Below, in pieces: positions 1-9,488 of a stretch of 30,740 nt of DNA. Origin of the DNA: a virus (lineage: Duplodnaviria > Heunggongvirae > Uroviricota > Caudoviricetes > Crassvirales). Position 1 is the first letter of the stretch. Each line of letters begins with the position of its first letter. A program made the translations under genes and the position numbers. Under the pieces are notes generated by a model. The model was given only the letters and a program-made list of their open reading frames with translations, was not told where the DNA came from and ran no database searches. The stretch lies in IMG/VR virus record IMGVR_UViG_3300034082_001032. One strand, given 5' to 3'.

Positions 1-1887
1 AGTTTCTATTTTGTATGTAGAAAGAATGGCGTAGAGCGTAAGTATATGATGTATGAAGGAGAAGATGTAAACACTATCGATCTTCTCTATGAAACCTCTA
101 CAGACCAAAGAAACGGTGTAAAGGTGATTGTTCCTGTTAGGTTCTATGATAGAAGTAGCTTTGTAAGTAAGATTAAAGAGCAATTGGCTTATTTTGAGAA
201 TGTATATTTCAATGTTGATGGTGTAGATAATGATTTCACCATCATGAGGCATGATCATTTTCAATGGAGTCCTCTGTCTACAAACAGTCAATTGCACATC
301 TGTTTGGACAATGTCTACTATCCTATTGATTTTGGTAAACTTGGAATAGATACCATCTATTTTCCCGTTGGTCTCAGGTTTAGTTTGACAGACGGTTTGT
401 TTCCTACACCAAACAGAGAATCTCTTCGTTACACTGCAGAAGCTAAAGCAGTGATAATGAAGAAGTTACAGGGTGTAGCTAATTATTTTGTTGAGAAGTA
501 TAACGAAAATGTACAGAATACAACCGATATATGGACAGCAATGGAGCACTTCCGTAACTCAGATAGAAACCTTAACTTGTTTGGTAAAAATGGTTTGAAT
601 GTTTCCTATTTTGCCAAGTATGCTACAATAGGTTTTGCATCTCCAAAGGTAGATGGTGTGTATTATCAAACTGTTGAGTATTACAATCGCATCAGGGAAT
701 CCATGTTTGGTGAATATGTAATGAAACATGAGGTGTCTAGAGGAAGATTCTGTAAAGCTAGCTCTTATTGGGACTTATCTAGGAGGTATGGTGAGAAGAT
801 ATATGTTTATTCAGATAGACTTAGTGGTATTAAGAAAGAATACCTGAAGAGTATTAATAAAAGAGGATACACTGAGTATATTGTTAAGAAGGAAAAGAGT
901 TTCAAATTGGGAACTGATAAAGAGGCTCTTGCAGGATATGAGAACTATTACAAGATTCTTCAGCTTAACAAGTTTCAAAAGAGTGAATGGAGAAATGTAA
1001 TTAAGGAGTTCCAGGAGATGGTTAGGCGTGTTACAGCTAACTTTATCAATCTTGACACTCTCGAAGTTCATCAAGCATTCATTGATAGCAAGAAGAAGGT
1101 TTCTTTCACCAATGGTGTTGCTGGTCCTAAAGAAAGAAGGAAGAAACTTGAGGGTGAATTGACAGGTAAGGTGGCTACAGCTCTAGAGAGAGCTGTATAT
1201 GGTCAGCATGCTAAATTTGTTCCCACCGTGTTTCAAATGAAGAATGCCCATAGGAATCCTTATTTGCTGGTTTACGGAAACTCTACACATCAAACTACAT
1301 TTGATAAGATGTTTTCTGTATTTCCATTTCATAGCACTAGATTCATGGTTCTTTCTGAAAGAGAACTTAAGCGCATGGAAGAAATAGATTTACATAACTG
1401 GATACATATAGACAAATTTATGGAAGGAGATCACATAGTTTTTAAAAGAGCAGCTACAGCTTATTTGATTAATGAGCTGACTAAAGATTACGCAGAAGTG
1501 TTCAATAGAATAGATAAAATTGGTGACATATCAACAGAACTCTATAAGAAGATGTTGATGTTGGATAGTTACAAAAAGAAATATTATCTAAGCGGTGATA
1601 ATTCTTTATATCAATCTATCATTAAGTTGGCTGAAGAGAAAAATCTATTTGACCTTTCCGTTTATTCTGTTTATAATGAAGTGAAAGATGTGTTTGCAAT
1701 GCTTCCATTCCTTAAACCTATGTTTGGTATGATGAGCAGATATGGGTCTAATAGCAATGGTGTTAATGATGCAGTTCGTGATCTCTTCAAGTATTACAAA
1801 CAGCGTGTTGACTGGAAACACTACAACATCAAATTGAATGATGAAGTGGTTGCAGAAGCATCAGTGGATGTAGAAGAATTATCTTAA
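1..1887 (+). CDS. rIIA: RIIA-like protein (GHKL-ATPase-type N-terminus), 5'-truncated by the window edge
   Basis: The frame is open from base 1 (SFYFVCRKNGVERKY precedes the tracked Met). The segment LLYETSTDQRNGVKVIVPV resembles the end of the RIIA ATPase domain, and the gene lies directly upstream of an rIIB-like gene. Confidence 0.7.
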   Translation, partial: SFYFVCRKNGVERKYMMYEGEDVNTIDLLYETSTDQRNGVKVIVPVRFYDRSSFVSKIKEQLAYFENVYFNVDGVDNDFTIMRHDHFQWSPLSTNSQLHICLDNVYYPIDFGKLGIDTIYFPVGLRFSLTDGLFPTPNRESLRYTAEAKAVIMKKLQGVANYFVEKYNENVQNTTDIWTAMEHFRNSDRNLNLFGKNGLNVSYFAKYATIGFASPKVDGVYYQTVEYYNRIRESMFGEYVMKHEVSRGRFCKASSYWDLSRRYGEKIYVYSDRLSGIKKEYLKSINKRGYTEYIVKKEKSFKLGTDKEALAGYENYYKILQLNKFQKSEWRNVIKEFQEMVRRVTANFINLDTLEVHQAFIDSKKKVSFTNGVAGPKERRKKLEGELTGKVATALERAVYGQHAKFVPTVFQMKNAHRNPYLLVYGNSTHQTTFDKMFSVFPFHSTRFMVLSERELKRMEEIDLHNWIHIDKFMEGDHIVFKRAATAYLINELTKDYAEVFNRIDKIGDISTELYKKMLMLDSYKKKYYLSGDNSLYQSIIKLAEEKNLFDLSVYSVYNEVKDVFAMLPFLKPMFGMMSRYGSNSNGVNDAVRDLFKYYKQRVDWKHYNIKLNDEVVAEASVDVEELS

Positions 1888-1893
1888 TTTATC

Positions 1894-1918
1894 AGGAGGG
1901 GACAATATATCCCCTCCT
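1894..1918 (+). terminator. GC-rich hairpin between rIIA and rIIB (weak U-tract)
   Basis: Perfect 9-bp stem AGGAGGGGA / TCCCCTCCT with a 7-nt loop, just after the rIIA stop. Confidence 0.5.
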
Positions 1919-1938
1919 TAACTTTTAAAAACAAGTAT

Positions 1939-3408
1939 ATGAGTATTTTTTCGCTATCATGGTTCAAAAGACAGTCAGAGTTAGAAAACTTGGTTATTGA
2001 AGAACAACAGCTCAAGAATGAGATTTTAAAGAAAGAGTTAGGCGTTGATTTAGACAAGAAGCCTTATTTGAATGTTAAGTTAGTAAATGATTCACTAACA
2101 ATTGTTCTTAATGATGGATCTGTATTGAGTAAACCAAATGCTACAAAGGATGATTATTATGCGGCAGTGAATGCTAGGACAGAAGGTTCTTTGTACAGTA
2201 TTTGTGCTGATTCAACTGTAATGGAAGAGAAGAGAAAGCAAGAAGCAGAGATTGCTAGGATTAAAGCTGTTCAGCAAGGAATCAAAAGGCTAGAAGGACT
2301 AGCTGATTTTGAAATAGAAGGTAATTCTGTTAAGCTGGCTGGAACTGGTAGAACTATGCCACAGCTTCTTGTAGAGAAGTTCATTGAATTGGTAGACCTC
2401 TATGATGTAGATCCATACAATGATGTAACAGATGATCAAGAGTATCAAGCTCTTAAGAGATTCTTTATGTGGTGTTGCCTCAATCCTAGGGCAGAAGTAG
2501 CTAATGATTTGTATGACTTCCTGAATAAGAATAGTTTCAGGATTACAAAACAAGGTTTCTTTGTAGCTCTTAGGAATGTAGTTACATTACGTGGTAGCGT
2601 AGAGCTTGTACAATTTGTAAGCAATGCTTATAATAAAGTGAAAGCTGTATGGAAGAAGAGTCCTGATAAGTACACTGTGTTTCTTGAGAATTGTGAATAT
2701 AAATTGGTACATGAGGATGATCTTTATGAAACTGAACTAGTAGAATGTCAGGATTGTGATGGTCAAGGAATTGATTGGAGTTGTGAAAACGATGAAGATT
2801 CTGTGTGTGAGTTTTGTGATGGTGTAGGTCAATGCGACAACATGAATCAAATTAATCATGGAGAGAAAATTGGTAATCTCACAGAACTCTATCTAGATCT
2901 TCCTAATAGGCATGAGAATAGGTTTACAGATGCTCACACAAGGACATTTGACATTCGTGTAGGACAAGTGGTAAACATGCCTCCACAGGAGTGTAATTGG
3001 TCTACAGCAGATTGTGCACATGCAGGATTGCATTTCACAGCTGATGAGATTAATTATGTAGGATGTGGTGACCAGTCTGTTCTTATCCTTATCAATCCTA
3101 TGAAGGTTGTAGGTATTGGTGAAGCTAAGGGTAGGTGTTATGAATATCTTCCTATTATGACTGTATCTCGTGAAGAGTCTACAGAAATTCTACACGATCT
3201 TGATTTTGACACTCTTGAGCTTGATGAGGCTTTCGCAATTCACGAATTGGAAAACTTGGCTGAGAAGGTTAAAGGAGGATTTGTGTTAGAAGCTTCTAAG
3301 CATCAGTTTAACATTCCAGCAATGACACATGTTCAGATTGAGAACATCGTTGCTTCTTTGGAAGAGATGAAGTATTCCATCTCTAACAGGGTGAATATAA
3401 TCAAGTAA
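1939..3408 (+). CDS. rIIB: RIIB-like protein with an inserted DnaJ-type CxxCxGxG zinc finger
   Basis: Motifs LYDFLNKNSFRITKQGFFVALRNV, FTDAHTRTFDIRVGQVVNMP, CAHAGLHF and INPMKVV...GRCYEY match the RIIB pattern; paired with rIIA. Confidence 0.75.
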   Translation: MSIFSLSWFKRQSELENLVIEEQQLKNEILKKELGVDLDKKPYLNVKLVNDSLTIVLNDGSVLSKPNATKDDYYAAVNARTEGSLYSICADSTVMEEKRKQEAEIARIKAVQQGIKRLEGLADFEIEGNSVKLAGTGRTMPQLLVEKFIELVDLYDVDPYNDVTDDQEYQALKRFFMWCCLNPRAEVANDLYDFLNKNSFRITKQGFFVALRNVVTLRGSVELVQFVSNAYNKVKAVWKKSPDKYTVFLENCEYKLVHEDDLYETELVECQDCDGQGIDWSCENDEDSVCEFCDGVGQCDNMNQINHGEKIGNLTELYLDLPNRHENRFTDAHTRTFDIRVGQVVNMPPQECNWSTADCAHAGLHFTADEINYVGCGDQSVLILINPMKVVGIGEAKGRCYEYLPIMTVSREESTEILHDLDFDTLELDEAFAIHELENLAEKVKGGFVLEASKHQFNIPAMTHVQIENIVASLEEMKYSISNRVNIIK

Positions 3409-3412
3409 TAAA

Positions 3413-3443
3413 TTGGGCTTGTAACAAAAATGTAGTAAATTTG
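3413..3443 (+). promoter_or_regulatory. Bacteroidota-type housekeeping promoter
   Basis: TTG (3413-3415), 20-nt spacer, TAAATTTG (3436-3443). Confidence 0.65.
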
Positions 3444-3458
3444 TTACAAGCCCTTTTT
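3415..3458 (+). terminator. Intrinsic terminator
   Basis: Perfect 14-bp stem GGGCTTGTAACAAA / TTTGTTACAAGCCC followed by TTTTT. Confidence 0.8.
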
Positions 3459-3472
3459 ATAAATCATTGATT

Positions 3473-3874
3473 ATGAGGAAGAAAACAGTAAGAAAGCCCA
3501 GAGCAAATGCAGCACCTAAGACTAGGAACAATGGCACTATGACAGAGAGTGCGTTCTGGAGTTTTATAAGAAGTGGTCTTAGACAAAAGAGTAGATGGTG
3601 GAAGCCTATTACACAATGCAAACTAAATGCTAAGAGAACGTATAAAGGTCCTAATAAGCGTCAAAAGTTTGAATATCAATGTAATAGCTGTAAGAAATGG
3701 TTTGCTGAGAAGAACATTAACGTTGACCATGTGCTTCCTGCAGGAAGCTTGAATTGTGCTAATGACCTACCAGGGTTTGTTGAACGACTGTTTGTAGAAG
3801 TTGAAGGTTTACAAATATTATGTTCAATTTGTCATGACAAAAAGACAGCTAAAGAAAGAGAAAGTAGATTATAA
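3473..3874 (+). CDS. HNH-family endonuclease
   Basis: Contains CNSC...VDHVLP...LQILCSICHDKKT. ATG at 3473 is preferred over the tracked TTG at 3467. Confidence 0.8.
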   Translation: MRKKTVRKPRANAAPKTRNNGTMTESAFWSFIRSGLRQKSRWWKPITQCKLNAKRTYKGPNKRQKFEYQCNSCKKWFAEKNINVDHVLPAGSLNCANDLPGFVERLFVEVEGLQILCSICHDKKTAKERESRL

Positions 3875-3878
3875 AATA

Positions 3879-3910
3879 TTTGGTAGTTTACTCTTTTATT
3901 GTTATATTTG
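3879..3910 (+). promoter_or_regulatory. Bacteroidota-type promoter, probably giving a leaderless mRNA
   Basis: TTTG (3879-3882), 20-nt spacer, TATATTTG (3903-3910); ATG follows 4 nt later. Confidence 0.75.
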
Positions 3911-3914
3911 TCAT

Positions 3915-4775
3915 ATGAAAACATATTATTTATACCTTAAACAAAGTCCTATTGGTTTGAAATACTTAGGTATTACAACAAGGGATCCTTACAAGTATTT
4001 AGGAAGTGGTAAGTATTGGAGAAGACATTTAAAAGCTCACAATTTTTCATCTTCAGATATTAAAACAGAAATAGTTTTTTCTTCTATTATAGAAGAAGAA
4101 GTTAATTCTGTTGCTTTAGAATATTCAGAAAAATTTAATATAGTAGAATCTAAAGAGTTTGCTAATCTTATGCCTGAATCTGGTATGGATTGTACTTTAG
4201 GTAGACCTTGTTCAGAAGAAACTAAACGTAAAATTAGTGAATCTAATAAAGGAAAGCAGCTTTCTCAGGAGAGTATTGCTAAAATACTTAAAAATAGAAA
4301 ATCTAATAAAGGATTTAAACATTCTGAAGAAAGTAAAAGAAAAATGTCTGAATGGAGAAAAGGTAAGAAACTTTCTAAAGAGACTATTGAAAAAATGAGA
4401 GCTAAGACAAAAGGATCTAGATTAAAAGCTCACTTTAAAGAAGTTCATCAATATGATTTAGATGGTAATTACTTAAAGTCTTTTCCAAGTATTACAGATG
4501 CTATCAAAGAATATCCTTGTGATATTTACAATGCTGCTTCAGAGAGACATTCTACAGCTGGAGGATTTCAATGGAGATTGTATAAAAAAGATAACATTGA
4601 TGCTTTCTCAAGAGTTTGTAAAACAGTTTATCAATATTCTTTAGATAACACTTTAGTTAAAGAATGGAATGGTACAAAACAACCTTCAGAAGAATTAAGT
4701 ATTCATAGAGGAGCAATTAGAAATTGTTTATCTGGAATAGCTAAAACAGCTGGAGGCTATTTTTGGAAATATTAA
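3915..4775 (+). CDS. Free-standing GIY-YIG (Seg-like) homing endonuclease with NUMOD3-like repeats and two NUMOD1-like C-terminal modules
   Basis: N-terminal YYLY...KYLGIT...YLGSG; repeats SEETKRKISES / SEESKRKMSE; VHQYDLDG and VYQYSLD...KTAGGYFWKY. Start reassigned to the ATG at 3915, immediately after the promoter. Confidence 0.85.
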   Translation: MKTYYLYLKQSPIGLKYLGITTRDPYKYLGSGKYWRRHLKAHNFSSSDIKTEIVFSSIIEEEVNSVALEYSEKFNIVESKEFANLMPESGMDCTLGRPCSEETKRKISESNKGKQLSQESIAKILKNRKSNKGFKHSEESKRKMSEWRKGKKLSKETIEKMRAKTKGSRLKAHFKEVHQYDLDGNYLKSFPSITDAIKEYPCDIYNAASERHSTAGGFQWRLYKKDNIDAFSRVCKTVYQYSLDNTLVKEWNGTKQPSEELSIHRGAIRNCLSGIAKTAGGYFWKY

Positions 4776-4792
4776 AACTCAAAACGAAAAGA

Positions 4793-5098
4793 ATGGCAAT
4801 TTATAGCGATCAAGAAGACCCAAACCACATTATGTGGAACAAAGAGAACGAAAAAGAGAATGAAATTAGCATTGCTGTTGAGAAGACACCATCATTTGTT
4901 GAAACTTGGTATGAAGGAGTTATAGAATACCAAGGAAAGAAACATCAGTTCTGGATTATAGATCCTGAAGGAAGTGAATATGAAATAGAATGTAGATGGT
5001 TCTTCAAGAATGTCCCTAGAGAAGTGAGAATGATGTACAATAGTATTATTGAATCTTATAAACAAATTAAGTATGATAGAAGGAAAGAAGAAAACTGA
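4793..5098 (+). CDS. Hypothetical protein
   Basis: The ORF fills the gap between neighbours. ATG at 4793 follows an A-rich leader; the tracked start at 4763 overlaps the upstream gene. Confidence 0.6.
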   Translation: MAIYSDQEDPNHIMWNKENEKENEISIAVEKTPSFVETWYEGVIEYQGKKHQFWIIDPEGSEYEIECRWFFKNVPREVRMMYNSIIESYKQIKYDRRKEEN

Positions 5099-6119
5099 AG
5101 CAATGTACAGGGCTATCGAAATGGATAGCTCTAGTTCATTAAAAGAGTTCTCCATGGACAGAAAGAAATACCATCGTAAGTATGTTCTTGGAGAGAAGAT
5201 TGATGATAAGGACACCCAGGCTGCTACAATTGGTAGAATTGTAGAAACATTGCTATTAGAACCAGAAGAGTTTGACAATAGGTTCTATATGTCTAGCTGC
5301 GCAACAGCTCCTACAGGACTAATGCTTGCATTTGTAGAAGCTTTATATAAGTTTACTAAAGATGCTACAGATGAATTTGGTAATATTTCCAGGCAGTTTG
5401 AGGAAATTGCAAAAGATGCATATGTTGAAAGCGGTTTCAAAATCAAATTTGATGCTGTAATTGGTAAATTTGTAGGAACAGATGCTGAGATTTATTACAA
5501 TGAAATCAGAACTGTAAGAAGCAAAGGACTAACAGTGATTACAACAGAAGATGTCACAAATTCTGAAAAGATTGTGACAGAACTGAAGACTAATAGTGTC
5601 ACTGCAGAAGTGGTTAATCTTATAAACAGCGCAAGATGGGAAGTGTTCAATCAAGTGCAGATAGAAGGATATAAAGTTGGAGGAGTTGAGTTTAAGAGTA
5701 TGATGGATAAATTGATTGTCGATCATACCAACAAGACTGTACAAGTTTATGACCTTAAATGTGTTTGGGCTGTAGAAGGATTCTATGAAGAATACTATCT
5801 CTATAGAAGAGCATATATTCAAGCCTATCTGTATTGGGTGGCTTGTACTAAGTTTAAGGAAGAACTTGATATTGTAGATTATTATGTAGAATATCCAAAG
5901 TTTATCGTTTGTGACAGTACAAACTATTTTAATCCTTTGATTTACACACTTGATACAGACGACATGCAGGATGCTCTCACTGGATTTGAGCATAAAGGAC
6001 GTAACTATCCAGGTGTAACTAGTCTAATTGAAGATTTGAAATGGGCTAAGGAGAATGATGTATGGAATATATCAAGAGAGAATTATTTATCTAATGGATT
6101 AGTAAACATAAGGAGGTAG
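5073..6119 (+). CDS. PD-(D/E)xK exonuclease (RecE/exonuclease VIII-like)
   Basis: SSSSLKEF...GRIVETLLLEP at the N-terminus; KSMMDKL...YDLK catalytic pattern; YIQAYLY helix. Confidence 0.75.
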   Translation: MIEGKKKTEAMYRAIEMDSSSSLKEFSMDRKKYHRKYVLGEKIDDKDTQAATIGRIVETLLLEPEEFDNRFYMSSCATAPTGLMLAFVEALYKFTKDATDEFGNISRQFEEIAKDAYVESGFKIKFDAVIGKFVGTDAEIYYNEIRTVRSKGLTVITTEDVTNSEKIVTELKTNSVTAEVVNLINSARWEVFNQVQIEGYKVGGVEFKSMMDKLIVDHTNKTVQVYDLKCVWAVEGFYEEYYLYRRAYIQAYLYWVACTKFKEELDIVDYYVEYPKFIVCDSTNYFNPLIYTLDTDDMQDALTGFEHKGRNYPGVTSLIEDLKWAKENDVWNISRENYLSNGLVNIRR

Positions 6120-6121
6120 GA

Positions 6122-6673
6122 ATGGAGCTTAAGAAAACTATTACAAGTATATTCATGGTGCCGACTCTTAAAGTTGACAGAGAAAGATTGAGAGATAATG
6201 GTTTTATAAATGCTTATATAATCGACGGAAGTAGAGATGTACAGTATAAGAATTCTATATATCTACTGTTTCATCCTACTAGTTTGGACAAATTCAAACT
6301 GTTTCTAGACGATGAGTATGAGCGTACAAAATTAATCGTAGATGATTATGACCATTCTGGTGGATTTGTAGTGGTTGTTTATGAACTCAACAAGAAGTTT
6401 CAAAAGGACTTCTCTCTTATAAAGATGGGTAAATATTCCAAAACATCAAGAGAGTTCCAAGCTATGTTTCCAAAGATCATCAAGATTAAAAAGAACGGAT
6501 TGCATAAAGATGAGATTTCTTTGCAATATCGTATATTTAATAAGACAGAGGATTTGAAGAAATTCTGGGAGGAAAAGCTTGGTGTAGAATTTGATGATTC
6601 TATGGAAGTTTGGCAAGGATTTATAGAAGAAAACGAAACATTAGACATTAATAAACTTAAAGAACATGTATAA
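6122..6673 (+). CDS. Hypothetical protein
   Basis: 183-aa ORF tightly packed in the operon. Confidence 0.7.
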   Translation: MELKKTITSIFMVPTLKVDRERLRDNGFINAYIIDGSRDVQYKNSIYLLFHPTSLDKFKLFLDDEYERTKLIVDDYDHSGGFVVVVYELNKKFQKDFSLIKMGKYSKTSREFQAMFPKIIKIKKNGLHKDEISLQYRIFNKTEDLKKFWEEKLGVEFDDSMEVWQGFIEENETLDINKLKEHV

Positions 6674-6872
6674 CGAAGAGTTTTTACAAAAAGTGATTTA
6701 TGAGCATGGTGTAGACCAAGCTATTATATTTTGTCAGATTGAGAGTGATAAATACGGTGCGCAGTATGAAGAGATGGATATGGGTGATGCCATATCTATA
6801 TCAGAGATTAAGTATGAAAGAGACTGGTGGGCTGAAAGAGCAGAACGTTTAAAAAATAATGAACCATGCTAG
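6666..6872 (+). CDS. Hypothetical protein
   Basis: 68 aa, with short overlaps to both neighbours. Confidence 0.6.
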   Translation: MYNEEFLQKVIYEHGVDQAIIFCQIESDKYGAQYEEMDMGDAISISEIKYERDWWAERAERLKNNEPC

Positions 6873-7246
6873 AAACATTAGAGAAGTATCCAGAAGCAGC
6901 AAAGGTGGTAAATAACTACTACCTAGAAATTATGTTAAAAAGTTTGAATGATGACAGTCTTCCTGAAAACTTTAAGGAGTTTGTAAGAGAAATGGGAGTT
7001 GGCAATGATAAAATAGCTAAAATCATTGACGGTTCTCCAAGAGCGCTATTTGATGTTTTTGATGAAAATCAAATATACATTGAAATAAGTGTATCAAATG
7101 ATAAGTTTTCTTACAAAATATATCCTAGAGATATTAAATTCTTAGATGTTGTATGGTATGACACTAGGAAGGAAGTGGAGAAGATTGCTATTCTAGATGC
7201 GTTTAAACTATTAAATGATAAAATATGCGAACAGACCCAATTGTAG
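6866..7246 (+). CDS. Hypothetical protein
   Basis: 126-aa ORF packed in the operon. Confidence 0.65.
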   Translation: MLETLEKYPEAAKVVNNYYLEIMLKSLNDDSLPENFKEFVREMGVGNDKIAKIIDGSPRALFDVFDENQIYIEISVSNDKFSYKIYPRDIKFLDVVWYDTRKEVEKIAILDAFKLLNDKICEQTQL

Positions 7247-7479
7247 ACCAAGTGATTGAAAAGTTTCAACAGAGAAGTGCTGTTGGAATAAGAAAGTATA
7301 ACACAACGTTATATGAAAACAATCACGACAACTATCTATTACATCTCCAAGAGGAACTTCAAGATGCTACATTGTACATTGAGAAGATTATTAGCCAGAA
7401 TGCTGAGATAATCAATCTTGTTAAAACCACTTCAAATGATATGGAATTGGGAGTGAAAATAAGAATGTTAGTTAGATAG
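7225..7479 (+). CDS. Small helical phage protein, possibly MazG-like/nucleotide pyrophosphohydrolase fold
   Basis: Pattern DPIVDQV...RSAVGIRKYNTTL...HLQEELQDATLYIEK, with an EExxD acidic motif. Confidence 0.5.
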   Translation: MRTDPIVDQVIEKFQQRSAVGIRKYNTTLYENNHDNYLLHLQEELQDATLYIEKIISQNAEIINLVKTTSNDMELGVKIRMLVR

Positions 7480-7494
7480 AATTTTCAAAATGTC

Positions 7495-7525
7495 TTGGTT
7501 ATTAGAGGGGATTGCAGTAAGTTTG
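7495..7525 (+). promoter_or_regulatory. Bacteroidota-type promoter for nrdJ
   Basis: TTG (7495-7497), 20-nt spacer, TAAGTTTG (7518-7525). Confidence 0.7.
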
Positions 7526-7540
7526 CAATCCCCTTTTTTT
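7507..7540 (+). terminator. Intrinsic terminator
   Basis: Perfect 10-bp stem GGGGATTGCA / TGCAATCCCC followed by a T7 run. Confidence 0.8.
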
Positions 7541-7562
7541 AACTAATAAACAAAAAAAAACT

Positions 7563-9488
7563 ATGGATTTAGGATTGGACGCATTGAGTAAAATAACCGT
7601 GTTTAGTAAATATTCAAAATATTTGCCAGAACAAAAACGCAGAGAAACCTGGGATGAAATTGTAGACAGGTACCAGGGTATGATGATTAAGAAATATCCT
7701 AAATTAGAAAACGCTATTGTAAGTAGTGCTAAAATGATCAGGGATAAGAAGATCTTACCTTCTATGAGAGCTCTTCAATTTGCTGGTCCAGCTGCTGAAG
7801 TGAACAATTCAAGGATTTATAACTGTTGTTTTCTTCCAATAGATAGCTTACATAGCTTCAGTGAAACTATGTTCTTGCTATTAGGAGGAACAGGAGTTGG
7901 ATATTCTGTACAGAAGCATCATGTAGCACAACTTCCTGCAATCACTAAAACAGGCAAGAAAAGGCACTATTTGGTGGAAGATTCTATTATGGGATGGGCA
8001 GATGCTGTAAAAGTGCTGTTTAAAGCCTATTTAGAGGGAAAGTTTATGCCTGAGTTTGACTTTAGATCCATCCGTCAGAAGGGTGCTAGATTGATTACAG
8101 CTGGTGGTAAAGCTCCTGGTCCTGAACCTCTTAAGCTTTGTTTGTCTCACGTACAAGCTATTCTTGATAGGAAACAAGAAGGGGAACATCTCACACCTCT
8201 AGAGTGTCATGATATGCTTTGTCATATTGCTAACAGTGTACTTGCTGGTGGTATCCGCAGAAGTGCTATGATTGCTTTGTTTAGCCATGATGATGAGGAA
8301 ATGGTAACATGTAAGTATGGTGAGTGGTATATGCTAAATGAGCAGCGTGGTAGGGCTAATAACAGTGCTGTACTTGAAAGAGGAGTGGTAGGTGAAGAAG
8401 AATTCAATGCTCTATGGAAGAGGATTGAAGCAAGTGGATCTGGTGAACCAGGAATCTATTGGACAAACAATAAAGATTGGGGAACTAATCCATGTTGTGA
8501 GATTGCTCTCAGACCATATCAATTCTGTAACCTGTGTGAGGTGAATGTAAGCGATGTAACTAGTCAAGAGGATTTGAATGAGCGTGTTGCTACAGCAGCA
8601 TTCTTTGGAACTCTTCAGGCTGGGTTTACAGATTTTCATTATCTCCGTCCAATTTGGCAAAAGACAACACAAAAGGATGCTCTATTGGGAATTGGTATGA
8701 CAGGAATAGGATCTGGTGAGATTCTTAAGTATGATCTTGACATAGCAGCACATGTAGCCAAGGTGATGAATAGCATGATTAGTAATGTAATAGGAACTAA
8801 TGAGGCAGCTAGGATTACATGTATTAAGCCTAGTGGTACAACCAGTCTAGTGTTAGGTACAGCTAGTGGTATTCATGCATGGCATGCTCCTTATTACCTC
8901 AGGACTATGAGGTTTAATAAGAATGAAGACATGGCAGCTTACCTAATGGTAAATCATCCAGAGCTCTGTGAAGATGATGTCCTCAGACCTACAGACACAG
9001 TTTGTGTACGTATTCCTGTTAAAGCCCCAGAAGGATCTATATTCAGGACAGAAACAGCTATTGACACATTAGAACGTGTTAAAAGGTTCTCTCTAGAATG
9101 GATCAAACCAGGACACATTAATGGTGATAATACACATAACGTAAGTGCTACAATTTCTATTGATAGTAGTAGAAAATATTCAACTTGTATTACTCCTGAT
9201 GGATCACCTAATTACACTCCATCTGAGAAGGGAGAAGATAATGAATGGGAAATTGTAGGAAATTGGATGTTTAACAATCGTGAAGTGTATAATGGTTTGT
9301 CGGTATTGCCCTATTGGGGAGGTAGTTATTCTCAAGCACCTTTCGAGGACATTACTGAAGAAGAATACAACAAACGTATCACCTCATTGACATCTATTGA
9401 TTTAACTAAGGTGACTGAAATGGATGATTCAGTTGATTTTGGTGCTATACAGGCATGCGGAGGTGGTGCATGTGAAATCAACATCTAA
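7563..9488 (+). CDS. nrdJ: Class II (adenosylcobalamin-dependent) ribonucleotide reductase
   Basis: RIYNCCF, TNPCCEI (radical Cys), TCIKPSGTTS and C-terminal CGGGAC redox pair; no beta-subunit gene nearby. Confidence 0.9.
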   Translation: MDLGLDALSKITVFSKYSKYLPEQKRRETWDEIVDRYQGMMIKKYPKLENAIVSSAKMIRDKKILPSMRALQFAGPAAEVNNSRIYNCCFLPIDSLHSFSETMFLLLGGTGVGYSVQKHHVAQLPAITKTGKKRHYLVEDSIMGWADAVKVLFKAYLEGKFMPEFDFRSIRQKGARLITAGGKAPGPEPLKLCLSHVQAILDRKQEGEHLTPLECHDMLCHIANSVLAGGIRRSAMIALFSHDDEEMVTCKYGEWYMLNEQRGRANNSAVLERGVVGEEEFNALWKRIEASGSGEPGIYWTNNKDWGTNPCCEIALRPYQFCNLCEVNVSDVTSQEDLNERVATAAFFGTLQAGFTDFHYLRPIWQKTTQKDALLGIGMTGIGSGEILKYDLDIAAHVAKVMNSMISNVIGTNEAARITCIKPSGTTSLVLGTASGIHAWHAPYYLRTMRFNKNEDMAAYLMVNHPELCEDDVLRPTDTVCVRIPVKAPEGSIFRTETAIDTLERVKRFSLEWIKPGHINGDNTHNVSATISIDSSRKYSTCITPDGSPNYTPSEKGEDNEWEIVGNWMFNNREVYNGLSVLPYWGGSYSQAPFEDITEEEYNKRITSLTSIDLTKVTEMDDSVDFGAIQACGGGACEINI

